The notes beneath the pieces are model-generated. The model was not told where the DNA came from, made no database searches, and saw only the letters and a list, made by a program, of their open reading frames with translations. Below, piece after piece: positions 1 through 12,892 of a stretch of 64,000 bases of DNA (the stretch's first letter is position 1; every line of letters begins with the position of its first letter). This DNA is from Octopus vulgaris. Taxonomy: Eukaryota. Both the position numbers and the translations under genes were made by a program. Location: the NCBI GenBank assembly GCA_951406725.2, contig OX597829.1:41602001-41666000 (forward strand), in the 5' to 3' direction.

Positions 1-1
1 T

Positions 2-142
2 AACTCTTTTTTACTGACATACCTAGAAAATATGAAGGCCGACCTAAGCCAGGAGATCCAGCGAGCTATCACCAACCATCTATGCAAATCACAAGGACCA
101 CTCACCCATTACCAACTTCCCTTACCTCGACATTCCTGTTAA
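2..142 (+). CDS. Probable 3' end of LINE ORF1 (NSFLLTYLENMKADLSQEIQRAITNHLCKSQGPLTHYQLPLPRHSC*)
   Basis: Frame open from the window start to TAA at 140-142. It overlaps the ORF2 ATG (82) by 61 nt, the usual ORF1/ORF2 arrangement. Confidence 0.5.
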   Translation, partial: NSFLLTYLENMKADLSQEIQRAITNHLCKSQGPLTHYQLPLPRHSC

Positions 143-3090
143 ATGTACGTGGCATCATCCCATCAATTATTGCCCAAAAATGGAAGATCCCATATATAGA
201 GAGTTGGCTTGCCGAAATGGCACATTGCTTCCCTTTCTTTATCCTTACTGAGACTCACCTGAACAACAACCATATGGACGCAGAGGTGAAAATAAAAGAT
301 TTCACCATTGTTCGTGCGGATCGCACAGACCGAAATAAGGGAGGGACAGCCATCTTTATCCATGACTCCTTTTCACTTGATGCCAAGGACATATTTTCCA
401 ATGGCTACTGTGAATCGGTATCACTATACAACAAAGCCAAGGACATAACCATTGTTGGTCTTTATAGGCCTCCCCAGGCACCTCTAAAGTACTTTGAAGA
501 GTGCCTTAGCAAAGTCAAGTCCTTCCTTTGGAAGTACCACTCCGGAAACATACTAGTGATGGGTGATTTTAACCTCCCTCATGTGAACTAGCCCACAAAT
601 ACTCTGAAGTTAGGCAAGTGCTCTACATCAGATAGAGCAGCAGCAGAACTGCTCTTTAATCTGATGGACGAGTATTTCCTGACTCAGCTAGTGCTTGAAC
701 CAACGAGACAGAATAAAACGATCTTGGATCTGGTATTGACCAATCACTCTAGCTATGTTCACAGTATTTCAGTCAAAAAAACTCTCCTCTCAGACCACGA
801 CATGGTACTCTGCAATCTTAATTCCCGACATATAAAAACCAAACCAGCCAATCCCACTCCATGGCACCCATTTGACAACATAAACTTCCACAAAGCGGAC
901 TGGGGAACAATCAGAAAGGATCTGTCTTCCATCGACTGGTCTTTTACTCTCAATTCCTCTCATATTGAGACCGCGTGGCAGCACTTTGAAAACATTGTCA
1001 CCTATACATGCTCTAAACACGCTCCCAAGAAATCTACTAACACAAACAGAAACCGGCTCCCTAAAAAGAAAAAAACACTCATCAGGCACATCAAAAGACT
1101 CAACAAAAAAATCAACCAATTAAAATATTCCCACACACAACATCCACATTCAACAACAATGAAAAGACTAGAGCTGGAAAAACTTCATCTGCAGACCAAC
1201 ATGAAAACCTCCATTGAAAATCAAAGAGCTGTGGAGGAACAATGGGTAATCAAAAACATCAAACAGAACCCAAAAGTGTTCAATTCTTATGCAAATAAGT
1301 ATAGAACCACTGTCTCACCCATTGGGCCATTGATTGATGATAACGGCATTCCCCAACACGATGCTAAAGAAATGGCAGAAATACTGCAGAAACAATACTG
1401 CTCTGTCTTTAGTGTTCCCACTGATATTGACGTAAGGGAAACGAACGAAGTTGACTCCCAACACAAAATCTCAGGCATAACCTTCACTGCCACTGACATC
1501 GTAGCAGCAATAAATGAGGTCAAACATTACTCTGCTGTAGGCCCTGATAGATTTCCCGCTAGTCTCCTGAAGGAATGTAGATACCAACTTGCAGTCCCTC
1601 TGACCAACCTCTGGAGAAATTCGTTAGACGCAGGTTATATACCGAAACAGTTTCTATCCCAGTCGGTCATCCCGGTTTTCAAACAGGGAAACAGATCCCT
1701 CGCAGTCAACTACCGCCCAATCTCACTCACCTCCCACATCATTAAAGTGTTTGAAAGAGTGTTAAGATCAAGGATAGCTGACTTCCTGGAGACCCACAAA
1801 CTCCTAAATGCAAATCAGCATGGCTTTCGCTGTGGCAGGGACTGTCTAACACAGCTCTTACACCACATTGAAGATGTACTCAAAGCCTTGGGAACAGGTT
1901 CGAACTCTGACGTCATATATCTTGACTTCAGTAAAGCGTTTGACAGGGTAGACCATAACATCCTACTCTCAAAATTGGCAAATGTTGGAATCCGTGGAAA
2001 TGTTCTACACTGGATTAAGTATTTCCTGGCGAATAGAACACAACATGTTGTAGTTGATGGAGTCCACTCAAACCCAGCAAAAGTCACCAGCGGTGTTCCC
2101 CAGGGAACTGTTTTGGGTCCGCTACTCTTCATAATTTATGTAAACGACCTTTCCAGTGTCGTACATTACTGCAAAGTGAAAATATTTGCTGATGACACTA
2201 AGCTCCAGCAAATCATCAATGAAGAAGCAGACCGAACTCAACTCCAGTCTGATCTATATGCTGTGAGTCAATGGGCAGACAGAAACAAAATGCAACTGAA
2301 TGAGGGAAAATTTGAGCTGATGCATTTTGGAAGAAATTCCTCACTAAAACAACCATACTCTCTTCCTTCAGGGGAACCGCTCACAGCCTCTAACAATATC
2401 AGAGACCTGGGTGTAATTGTTGATGACGATCTCAGTTGGAGTGCACACATCAACAAGAAGGTCGATATAGCTCGTAGGATGAGTTCCTGGATCTTAAGAA
2501 CTTTCCGGTCCAGAGAACAAGGTGTCATCATACCACTTTTTTCCTCCTTTGTACAGCCACACCTTGAATACTGCTGCCCACTGTGGTCTCCTCACACAAG
2601 ACAAAACATCTCCAGAATTGAGTCACCCCAGAGGGCACTCACTAAACAAATTGAAGGCATGGCTGCTCTCGATTATTGGGATCGCCTTAAAGCCTTGAAA
2701 CTTTACTCCCTCCAGCGTCGCCGTGAGCGGTACATCATTTGTACGATGTGGAAAATATACCGCCAACTTTGCCCAAACGACCTAAACATTAGCTTCAAGG
2801 TTCATCCAAGACTTGGACCACGGGCTATACGTCCCCTGCCCAATTCAAGATCACAACATACATGTACACTGCAACATAATTTCTTTTCTTCAACAGGCCC
2901 TGCCCTATTTAACATTGTCCCGAGGGAGATCAAAGAGGAAAAGGATCCCATCAACTTTAAACAGAGTCTGGATAGATTCCTTCAAAGAATACCAGATAAG
3001 CCACCCATAATTGGATACAACTCACCCAACAAGAACTCACTACTTGAACAAAACTGGATACAACTCACCCAACAAGAACTCACTACTTGA
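82..3090 (+). pseudogene. LINE ORF2 (apurinic endonuclease plus reverse transcriptase) with one premature TAG
   Basis: ORFs 82-591 and 664-3090 are in the same frame. Motifs: LNVRG, LTETH, GGTAIF, YRPP, MGDFNLP, LDLVL, SDH (APE); YRPISLTS, DFSKAFD, GVPQGTVLGP, FADD, RDLGV (RT). TAG at 589-591 replaces the expected Trp of DFNLPHVN-W. Confidence 0.9.
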
Positions 3091-3205
3091 ACAAAACTTG
3101 ACTTAAACAGGATTCAAATAATCCTATCAGGTGGTGCTATTAAGTTAGACATGGCCTGGACCAATCTTTGGTCGAAACATATCTAAGTCTAAGTTTATCT
3201 AAGTT

Positions 3206-3430
3206 TATATATGTATATATATGTGCGTGTGTGTGTGTTTGTCCCTCTAGCATTGCTTGACAACCGATGCTGGTGTGTTTATGTCCCCGTTACTTAGCAG
3301 TTCGGCAAAAGAGACCGATAGAATAAGTACTGGGCTTACAAAAGAATAAGTCCCGGGGTCGATTTGCTCGACTAAAGGTGGTGCTCCAGCATGGCCGCAG
3401 TCAAATGACTGAAATGAGTAAAGAGAGAGT
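3206..3430 (+). mobile_element. 3' half of tRNA-derived SINE family A (OK-type octopus SINE-like)
   Basis: Matches the 3' half of the copies at 9153-9560 and 59212-59614, ending gactgaaa(t/c)(g/a)agtaaaagag. Confidence 0.8.
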
Positions 3431-3764
3431 ATGCTCATACACATATATATAAGCTAACATGCTGGAGTGTATACAAGTATGCCTCATTATGCACAGAATT
3501 AAATACACAGCATTAAATACATGGAATTACACACACATCTCCACACATATCTACAGTCAAACCCTAGTAAACATATACATACACTACTATATCCACCTAT
3601 CTTTAAGCACATGTACAGATATAGATATCTATACACTCACACAAACACACACATATCTTTATACACACACATATCTTTATACACACACACATCATGTTTT
3701 TGTTTTTGTTTTTGTTTCTCATTCTGTTCTATGTTTTTTTGGTGTCCTGTACCCATATATGCAT

Positions 3765-4935
3765 GTATAACTTTATATGTGTGTCTGTGTGTTTCGCTAA
3801 AACTTGAGGACTACACAACCAATTTCATTCAAATGTTACACATGCCTTACTTAGGGTCTGGGGAGTGTCATCAGCAAAAAAAAGTTTGAACTTTTTGCCT
3901 AGGGAGAGCCCACAGCAATATCATATCTTCTCCACTACGATTCCCTAAAACTTGAGAACTACACAACCAATTCCATTAAAATTTTACACATGCCTTACTT
4001 AGGGGCCATGTAGTTTCATGGGCAAAAAAATCTTCAACTTCTTGCCTAGAGCGAGCCCATAGCAATATCATATCTTCTCCACTATTTCAGTATTATGTGT
4101 TAAAAGTGAAACAAAAACATTTCTCTATTTTATGTCAGATACTTTCACTTTAACAATAAAAATAATAATAACAATTGAATCATATGTAGTAAGTAATAAT
4201 TAAAATCAAACTAAAGTATAATATAATCGTAACATAAAAAAAAGTAAAAATAGCAATTGGTATAAAATTGCATCAATGACTTGAACTTGAATAAGTGATT
4301 TCACATGAATGGGAATAAATTAAAAATAAAATTAGCGTGCAGAAATGGAATAGTCCAGATGGATAATAAAAAATTAAATTAAAGAAAAGACTATTGTCTA
4401 TAAAGTATGCAATGTAGAGAAAAAAGATTTGAACACATGGAGGAAAGCACCTTCAAAAAGTGTCTTGGTGCGATTATGAAAGGTATCTAATCAGAGGCGG
4501 TAAATTTGCCACAATAGAAACAAGGTTCGAGTCAATGGAGCGTGCAAGGGAGTACTCGACTCATACTTGCAAAGTGGAAATATTTTATTTTTACCTTTAT
4601 ATCTGGGACGTAGGACGTCCCGGAAAAAAACTTTAAATGCCTTCCCCCCCCCACCCCGAAGTAGATGTAGGCTGGATTGTAGCCACACTTCTATACAAGA
4701 GGGAGGACAAGATACAATTGATCGAAATTACAAGAGATGGGCTAACAATTCCAGTCTGTTATATATTTTGAGTATTGTTATCACTAGCGATATCAAGATA
4801 TAACTTTGTATTTTGTATTTTGTGTAGATGTATATATATATATATATAGATGTACATGTAATATGTACACATATATATACACGTATATACATGCACTAGC
4901 ACTATGACCCGGCAACGACGGGTCTTTAATGCTAG
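3765..4935 (+). mobile_element. Non-autonomous Helitron-like element
   Basis: 3' end has the hairpin gacccggcaacgacgggtc followed by CTAG-T (about 4905-4935), shared with the 5793-6149 element. Internal ~145-bp tandem duplication at about 3797-4085. Confidence 0.6.
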
Positions 4936-5792
4936 TATATACATATAGATGTAGGCATGTACATATATGTATGTATGCATATGTTTTATTTATTAATTTG
5001 TTATTATATATATATATACACACACACATACATACACATACATATGTATACATATATATATATCCCCATGTATAATATCCGTATATATTCATGCACTTAT
5101 ATCCGTGTATATACACACATACATTACATCTTATAAGTGTCTATCTTGTTTTTGAGTACATAACAGTTATAATTTAATAATTTAATATTTAATATTAAAT
5201 TATTTAATTTAGTATAATTATTTAATTTACTATAATTTAATATACTATTCTCCAAAGATTGAGTTCCATATATTTAAAAGTTTAAAAAAAATTTTTTTTA
5301 AAAATAAAGGGGTTTATTTTTATCTATCTGTGACAAATCCAATAGGCCTGTCCTTAAGTAACTACAAGTCAGAGTGATGGATTATCAGTAAATGGAATGC
5401 ATTAAAAGGAAAGAAATAAAAGTGATAAAAGGAGTTTTACAAGGATCGTTTTTTTTTTAAATAAAACCTGATAGGGAAAGGGCATAAGAATTAGTAAGAC
5501 ACTGACAGCTTAAACTGAGAATGTATCAATAATATATCAAAATCTATCAAATATATTTGGAAATGTTCAAAAGATATCTGACATGATACATAAAAAGATA
5601 AATAATAATAAATAGTAATAGGAACAAAGTGAAAATGCAAAGAATAAAAGACTAAAAAAAAAAAAAAAGAAAGAAGAAATAAGAAGTAAGATGAACTGAA
5701 ATGAATATTAAGATGGAATTTAAAGATAAAATGCAAAGAAAAAATTATAATAATTGTAATAATAATAATAATAATATTAACAACACTATAAC

Positions 5793-6149
5793 CTCTATAT
5801 ATATAAACGGCAAAATGTCTGTGTGTGTGTCCTTTATACAAATCCACAATTTTTCAGTTAGAGGGCTCGAACTTTCTATGGTCATTAAAAACCGTCCAAG
5901 GGTGGCCGTGCACATCTTTACATTTCCCCAGTCACCCCGCAAAGCCATTAAAAAATCAATAGAAGTGACTTTTTTTGTGAATTTTCTATCCAAAACCCAA
6001 TCAAAATGCCCAAAACTTGATACACCAATTGAATGCCAGCTCTGATTGGTCGGAGATTTGGACAGTACTCGCGTGTATGTGCGCACGCATGCAGCTGTAT
6101 ATGCATGCACTAGCACTATGACCCGGCGTTGCTGGATCATAGTGCTAGT
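5793..6149 (+). mobile_element. Non-autonomous Helitron-like element; second copy at ~37828-38185
   Basis: Starts tctatatatataaa..tgtctgtgtg and ends with a hairpin plus CTAG-T. Closely similar to 37828-38185. Confidence 0.7.
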
Positions 6150-6251
6150 ATTATAATATAATAGTAATAATATAGTTATTGGAAAAATATATATTGATTG
6201 GAGAGATTTCAAGATTATCCACTTATGTAAATTATACTCCTTATATACTCC

Positions 6252-6282
<31 letters not shown>

Positions 6283-6287
<5 letters not shown>

Positions 6288-6398
6288 GACGGGTTTCTTT
6301 CAGTTTCCGTCTACAAAATCCACTCACAAGGCTTTGGTCGGCCCAAGGCTATAGTACAAGACACTTGCCCAAGGTGCCACGCAGTAGGACTGAACCCG
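6283..6398 (-). mobile_element. SINE family A, 5' fragment
   Basis: Reverse complement of the family A head (gggttcagtcc..gcaccttgggcaagtgtctt). Confidence 0.7.
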
Positions 6399-6399
6399 A

Positions 6400-6545
6400 T
6401 GTATCCCAAAGTTTCTTACTTTCATTGACCAATTTCTCCAAACTTTCTGTCACTCCAAACATGCTCTTTGCTTTACTTATCCAACTGTACAGTACCATGT
6501 TGTATGCTTTTCTGTAACTGTAATCCAACCTAGCTACATTATTAT
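6400..6545 (-). pseudogene. Degenerate R4/Dong-like RT fragment
   Basis: Translation LDYSYRKAYNMVLYSWI...MFGVTESLEKLVNESKKLWDT resembles the IDYxKAYDxVPHSWI RT motif. Confidence 0.5.
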
Positions 6546-6552
6546 TGTTATC

Positions 6553-7090
6553 AGGTGAGAGAACAGCACATGCCTTCAAAGTGACACAGTGATACAAATA
6601 TATGAAGCCCAATATACCCATCATGACTACCTGTCTGATAAGGGTACACCAGGTATGTGCATCACAACTATATGTGCGCAACATGGTGATCTCATATCAA
6701 AATAAACAGCACATGACCTTGCAGGTGGGGCTCAGTAAAAAATTTTCTTCAGGTCAAGAAGCCAATACCACTCAAAAAGTCCCTGAATAAGAGTTGTTTA
6801 AGGATGTTAAACAAAACATCCATGCTTCCAGAGGTGAATTATTCAAATCCCAAAGAATTTCTCTCAACACATGGCTATGATGCTTTCCCCACTATTTCCG
6901 CTCATGATCAGAGATGCACATGTCATCAGCCATCAAGGGACATGCTCAACTGGTTAAGTTTAAACAAGTGACAAGCAAATCTGTGGTATCGAGCAAAATA
7001 TTTGCTGTAGCCTATCTTTTTTGTACCAACACAAAATATGTACATGATAACACTTTCAATCAGTTATGATCAGAAGCCATGTGAGCCAAC
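6553..7090 (+). mobile_element. ~550-bp non-coding interspersed element (family D), next to an (ATT)n tract
   Basis: Same sequence recurs at 14431-14990 (+), 15053-15602 (-) and 63171-63690 (-). Confidence 0.8.
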
Positions 7091-8278
7091 TATTATCATT
7101 ATCATCAGTAATATTTATATGCCAACATTTTGTTTTTGTTCATACGTACCTGTGGTGCATGTCACACTTACTTCAAAGGAAGAAGTGAGTGGTAAAGCTG
7201 GAGAGAGGAGGACAGAGAGGAAGTGAGAGAGTAACAGAGAAAGAGAGAGTGAGTGAGAAAGGGAGAGAGAGTGAGCGAGAGAAAGAGAAAGAGTGAAAGA
7301 GACAGTGAGTGGTGACAGCATTTGTTTTGTGTTTTTAAATGTTTATCAGTATTTTCAGTGTAGACTGATACTTACATCACAAGAAAAGTAGATACATAGA
7401 TTGAAAACAAGTTGATACATAGATACATACACACATTGTTAAATTAAAAGCAGGAGAGAGGAGGGACACAGAGGAAGAGAGAGAGAAAGTGAGAGAGATA
7501 GTAGATACCTAGATCGAAAGAAAAGTTGATTCATAGATACATAGACACATTGTTAAATCAAAGACTAATAACTACAGCAAATATTGGCTGCCACTTTCAC
7601 TTTTCATTACCACATGAGGATAAAATTAATTTGCAAGTGGCTGAGTACTTAATGTAGTTCTCAGGGTGATTCAACCTCACACAGAATGTGACAAGGCTGG
7701 CCCCCTTGAATTACAGCTACAACTCATTCTGGTGAGCTGAGTGGACTGGAGCAAGATAAACCTTCAAGTGGTTGGAAGAAAATGAAAAAAGATCCTATAT
7801 AGAGGCAGGAAAATTTTTTTATTTGTTAGGGTCACTAAGGGTGTTAACCCGGTCCTAACAGCGGTATTTGTGGGTCTCACAGATCTGGAGGCCATATCCC
7901 CAGATAAACACCCCTACAAAATGGATGGGGGAGAAAAGTTGACACTTTAAGGAGTATCTTCTACTGTAGCCTCAGACCACCCAAAAGCCTTGTGAGTGAA
8001 TTTGATAGACGGTAGCTGAAAGAAGCCTATCATACATATATATGTATGTATTTAGAAAAATATAAGTTCAAGTAGAACGATTCAAACTTTTTGAGGGGTT
8101 CAAACAGAGAAAATAATTTCCAATAAAAATTCATCATATTCAGAAATATCCTGATAGAGCAAGTAATAAGAATATGAAAAATAGCAATTGAAAAAGTTCG
8201 TTATAGGTATAAAGATACCCTAAACAATTATAAAAATGGAGAAAAGATGTTAAAAAATCAAAAGTAGATTTAATAAGT

Positions 8279-8362
8279 ACATACAAACGTTTCAAAGGAC
8301 AATACAAATATGTAAGAAAAAAAATTATAATTAACATTATGTATTGTCATTCTCGTCAGTGT
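8279..8362 (-). ncRNA. Type I hammerhead ribozyme motif with long stem II
   Basis: Minus strand: aca-CTGACGA-gaatgacaataca..tgtattgtccttt-GAAAC-gttt-GTA-tgt. Core intact, 9-bp perfect helix within stem II, GUA cleavage triplet, short 3-bp stem I. Confidence 0.7.
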
Positions 8363-8604
8363 GAAGAATTTAAGGAAAAAACATCCAAAAAAAGTTATTA
8401 CTAAAAATCAAGAAGGAAAACAAATGGAGTAATAGGGAAAATTTAACCAGATAAGTTGTAAAAGGGAAAAATTAAGAGAAACGAAAAAGAGGGACATGTC
8501 AATGTGTATGCAAGTCTATTATGCTGTGATTGATGTAATCAGCTAGTCCATTCCCCACAAATTTCAGGCCTTGTGCCTTTAGTAGAAAGGATTATCATTA
8601 TCTT

Positions 8605-9309
8605 TATGTATATATTTATGTGTGTGTGTTTGTGTCTGTGTTTGTCCCCCACCACCATTGCTTGACAACTGATGTCGGTGTGTTTGCGTCCCCGTAACTT
8701 AGCTGTTTGGTGGAAAAGACTGATAGAATAAGCACTAGGCTTACAGGGAATAAGTTCAGGGGTTGATTTCTTCAATCAAAGAGTGGTGTTCCAGCAAGGC
8801 CTCCATCGAATCACTGAAACAAGTAAAAGAATACAAGAATACCAGAATAACATTCCATACCACTAAACCAAGAAGTTTCTTTGAATATGTACGTTGTATT
8901 TTAAGGCTAAATAGTAATTCTGTTTACGTTTGTGTAACTGAGATATTTTGGTTGGATTATATAGTTATCGGTTGTACACTTCTTTCTGTATTCTGTAATT
9001 GTCACAACATAGAAACATTTCTCATGGCACCAAGCACACAATTTACAGATGCTTACATATTTTGTTTTCCATGAAGTTTTCATGGGTCCAGCTAGTTATT
9101 ATTATCAAGGCAGCAATTTAGCAGAATTGTTAGCATGCAGTGCAAAATGCTTAGGCGTAGGAGTAGCTTGCTTACCAACCACATGGTTCTGGGTTCAGTC
9201 CCACTGCGTAGCACCTTGGGCAAGTGTCTTCTACTATAGGTTCGGGCCGACCAAAGCCTTGTGAGTGGATTTGGTAGATGGAAACTGAAAGAAGCCTGTC
9301 GTATATATG

Positions 9310-9344
<35 letters not shown>

Positions 9345-9978
9345 GTGTATATGTTTGTGTGTCTGTGTTTGTCCCCCCAACATCACTTGACAACTGATGC
9401 TGGCGTGTTTACGTCCCCGTAACTTAATGGTTTGGCAAAAGAGACTGATAGAATAAGCACTGGGCTTACAAAGAATAAGTCCTGGGATTGAATTGCTCGA
9501 CTAAAAGTGGTGCTCCAGCATGGCTGCAGACAAATGATTGAAACTAGTAAAAGAGTAAAAGAATTATCATTAAAGTGCACAGGAGTGGCTGTGTGGTAAG
9601 TAGCCTGCTTACCAACCACATGATTCCGGGTTCAGTCCCACTGCGTGGCACCTTGGGCAAGTGTCTTCTACAATAGCCTCAGGCCAACCAAAGCCTTGTG
9701 AGTGGATTTGATCGAAGAAAACCGAGAGAAGCCCATTGTTTATATGTATGTATATGTATGTGTGTGTATATGTTTGTGTGTCTGTGCTTGTCCCCTCAAC
9801 ATCACTTAACAACCGACACTGGTGTGTTTACGTCCCCGTAACTTAGCAGTTTGGCAAAAGAGACCGATAGAATAAGTACTAGGCTTCCAAAGAATAAGTC
9901 CCGGGGTCGAGTTGCTCGACTAAAGGCGGTGCTCCAGCATGGCCACAGTCAAATGACTGAAACAAGTAAAAGAGTAAA
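8605..9978 (+). mobile_element. Cluster of SINE family A copies (8605-8832 partial; 9153-9560 and 9577-9978 tandem, near full length)
   Basis: tRNA-like head (ggagtggctgtgtggtaag..gggttcagtccc), ccttgggcaag core, internal (TA)n(TG)n tract, common 3' tail. Confidence 0.85.
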
Positions 9979-10183
9979 GTGGTGGGCCAGCAGGACTGGA
10001 CAAAAAGCTTAGCGACATTTCATTCATCTTCACATTCTGAGCTCAAAACCCACTGATATTGACTTTACCTTTCATCCTGTTGGGATCGATAAAATAAGAA
10101 CCAATCAAGTACTGGCCTCGATGAAATCACAGAGGCTACCGCCCATAAAATTTCAGGCTTTGTGCCTATAATAGAAAGCTTTA

Positions 10184-10223
10184 TTGTTGTTGTTGTTGCT
10201 GTTGTTATCACAACCACCACCAC

Positions 10224-10254
<31 letters not shown>

Positions 10255-10925
10255 ACTACTACTACCACCACCACCACCACCACCACCACTACTACTACTA
10301 CTACTACCACTACTACTACTACTACTACTACTGCAGCTGCTGCTGCTGCTACTACTACTACTATTACCATTACTACTACTACAATTACTACTAACACTGT
10401 AACTGCTGCTGCTACTACTACTACTGCTACTATTACTACTAGCACCACCACCATTTCTACAACAATTACAAACACCATAACTACTACTACTACTACTACT
10501 ACTACAATTACTACTACCACTATAACTACTGCTGCTGCTGCTACTACTACTAGCACCACCACCATTTCTACTATGATTACAATCACCATAACTACTACTA
10601 CTACTACTACAATTACTACTACCACCATAACTACTGCTGCTGCTGCTACTACTTCGACTATTACTACTACTACTACAATTACTACTACCACCATAACTAC
10701 TGCTGCTGCTGCTACTACTTCGACTATTACTACTACTACTACAATTACTACTACCACCATAACTACTGCTGCTGCTGCTACTACTTCGACTATTACTACT
10801 ACTACAATTACTACTACCACCATAACTACTGGTGCTGCTGCTTCTACTACTACTACTACTAGCACCACCACCATTTCTACTACAATTACAACCACCATAA
10901 CTACTACTACTACTACTATCATTAT
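10184..10925. repeat. Compound trinucleotide microsatellite (ACT/ACC/GCT) with ~54-bp higher-order units
   Basis: Directly visible. It produces the poly-T/S/V ORFs of the track. Confidence 0.95.
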
Positions 10926-10959
10926 ATGTTGCCATTGCTTTCTTTTATATGAGCTGTTC

Positions 10960-12010
10960 CAATTCTCACCCAGAGATCTCAAGTGACAACAAGTTGGACT
11001 ATCTATAATGGGTGTCATTTATGATTAGCAATAATATCTTGTAGAAGACGAAGAAACAGATTCTGAGAACTAAGGTTGGCAATGATTTTCTTAGGATGTG
11101 GGAAGTACCCACGAGAACAATTTTTCGTAGTTCCTTATATTTGACCATAGTGTTTTAAGAGCACCTTTTGGTATTATTCTCAAAGTTCCGATGATCGCAG
11201 GTTTAATTGTTATTCTTAGATGTGACATTTTTGACACCTCTATTTCAAAGTCTGCTGGGATTGGCTTATTTATAAGTAAATATATCTTGTCAGTGGCTTG
11301 TTCACTTTGAATGCCACAGTCCCAAAGAACAGTGATGTCTTTATTTTCTACTACTCTGGCCAGCTTATGTTCCCATCAGTTCTTCTCATATCGGAGTCCA
11401 GACTTACTGCATATAATCCAAGTCTATCAAGGCAATTAAAATATTCATTTAAGGCTAATGTATAACAGCCAATGTAAGGTGGCAAGCTGGCAGAAACGTT
11501 AGCATGCCGGGCGAAATGCATAGCCGTATTTCGCCTGCCGTTACATTCTGAGTTCAAATTCCACCGAGGTCAACTTTGCCTTTCATCCTTCGATAAATTA
11601 AGTACCAGTTACGCACTGGGGTCGATGTAATTGACTCAATCCATTTGTCTGTCCTTGTTTGTCCCTTCTATGTTTAGCCCCTTGTGGGTAGTAAAGAAAT
11701 AGCTAATGTATAACAGCCAACGATGCAGTGGTCAATTGTTTCTCAGGTGATAGCACAAAAGCATCAGACTGGATCAGACTGGCTTCGTTGGTAGACACTG
11801 ATCCTGAACTGCTTTAATAAAACCTTCTGCTTCTGGCTAAAGTCCAGACACAGCCAATCCCCAATGGATCATATTTATATCAACATCAGGATCGTTGGGC
11901 CTTGGAGGATATTTACCATGTAATGCCTTACCTTTCCAGCTGTTTTGCAGTTCTATGATTCTATTTGATTTAGCTTGGGCTTTTTCATCTAATTGTCCCT
12001 CAGTCAAGGT
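10960..12010 (-). pseudogene. Old R4/Dong-like LINE 3' remnant interrupted by a SINE
   Basis: Translated pieces WKGKALHGKYP...VSGL*PEAEGFIKAVQDQCL and ENKDITVLWD...FEIEVSKM...IIGTLRIIPKG parallel the better-preserved copy at 13084-13800. Confidence 0.65.
11473..11701 (+). mobile_element. SINE family B with 19-bp TSD; further copies at ~9980-10180, 12037-12250, 12277-12472, 13888-14103, 21195-21595, 45748-45980 (-) and 63685-63895
   Basis: gctaatgtataacagccaa flanks both sides (about 11454-11472 and 11702-11720). Conserved centre gaggtc(a/g)actttgcctttcatcctt..gataaattaagtaccag. Confidence 0.85.
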
Positions 12011-12492
12011 GACCTCTAATTATTATTAATTAATTAGTGGTAAACTAGCAGAATTGTTAGCACATTGGATGAAATGCTTAGCAGTATTTCGCCCATCTTA
12101 ATGTTCTGAATTCAAATTCCACCAAGGTGACTTTACCTTTTATCCTTTCAGGGTCGATGAATTAAGTACCAGTAAAACACTGGGGTTAATGTAATCAACT
12201 AGTCCCCACCCCCAAAATTTCAGGCTTTGTGCTTATAGTAGAAAGGATTATTATATTTATTATTGTTGTTGTTGTTAAGGTGGCAAGCGGGCAAAATTCT
12301 TAACAGCATTTCATCTGTTTTATGTTCTGAGTTCAAATACCACTGAGGTCAACTTTGCCTTTCATCCTTTTGGGATCAATAAATTAAGTGCCAGTGAAAT
12401 ACTGGGGTCGATATAATCCACTAGTCCCGTCCCCCAAATTTCAGGCCTTGTGCCTATAGTAGAAAGGATTACTATTGTTATTATTGTTATTA

Positions 12493-12542
<50 letters not shown>

Positions 12543-12544
<2 letters not shown>

Positions 12545-12851
12545 CGTGATCACGTGACCGACCAGACCATCAGATGTTGTTACACATCGTTGATCACAAT
12601 GCATTCGCATAGTTTTTTTAGCCTTCGAATGACACCACCCTGCTGGCTAAACAAGCAGGCCAACAGAAGAAAGAGTGGGAGAAGGAATGGTGAAAGAGTA
12701 CAGCAGGGATCACCACCCCCTGCCGGAGCGTCATGGAGCTTTTAGGTGTTTTCGCTCAATAAACACTCACAACGCCCGGTCTGGGAATCGTAACCGTGAA
12801 TCTCCGACCGCGAGTCCGCTGCCCTAACCACTGGGCCATTGCCCCTCCACA
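12543..12851 (-). mobile_element. tRNA-derived SINE family C (tRNA-Arg-like head) inside a (TAA)n tract; partial copy at ~38885-39065
   Basis: Minus-strand head gtggaggggcaatggcccagtggttagggcagcggactcgcggtc..cggttacgattccc with A/B-box-like motifs. (TTA)n on both sides. Confidence 0.75.

Positions 12852-12891
<40 letters not shown>

Positions 12892-12892
<1 letters not shown>

Larger units (their letters stand above)
1..3205 (+). mobile_element. CR1/L2-group non-LTR retrotransposon (LINE); ORF1 3' end, ORF2, 3' UTR and TCTAAG-type tail; 5' part outside window
   Basis: APE plus RT reading frame at 82-3090. Short-repeat tail atctaagtctaagtttatctaagttt at about 3181-3205. An open frame 2-142 overlaps the ORF2 start. 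Confidence 0.9.

Noticed and set aside
10065-11018. Long poly-Thr/Ser/Val ORFs resembling mucins
   Set aside because: Stop-free frames of a trinucleotide microsatellite, open on both strands, with no splice context.
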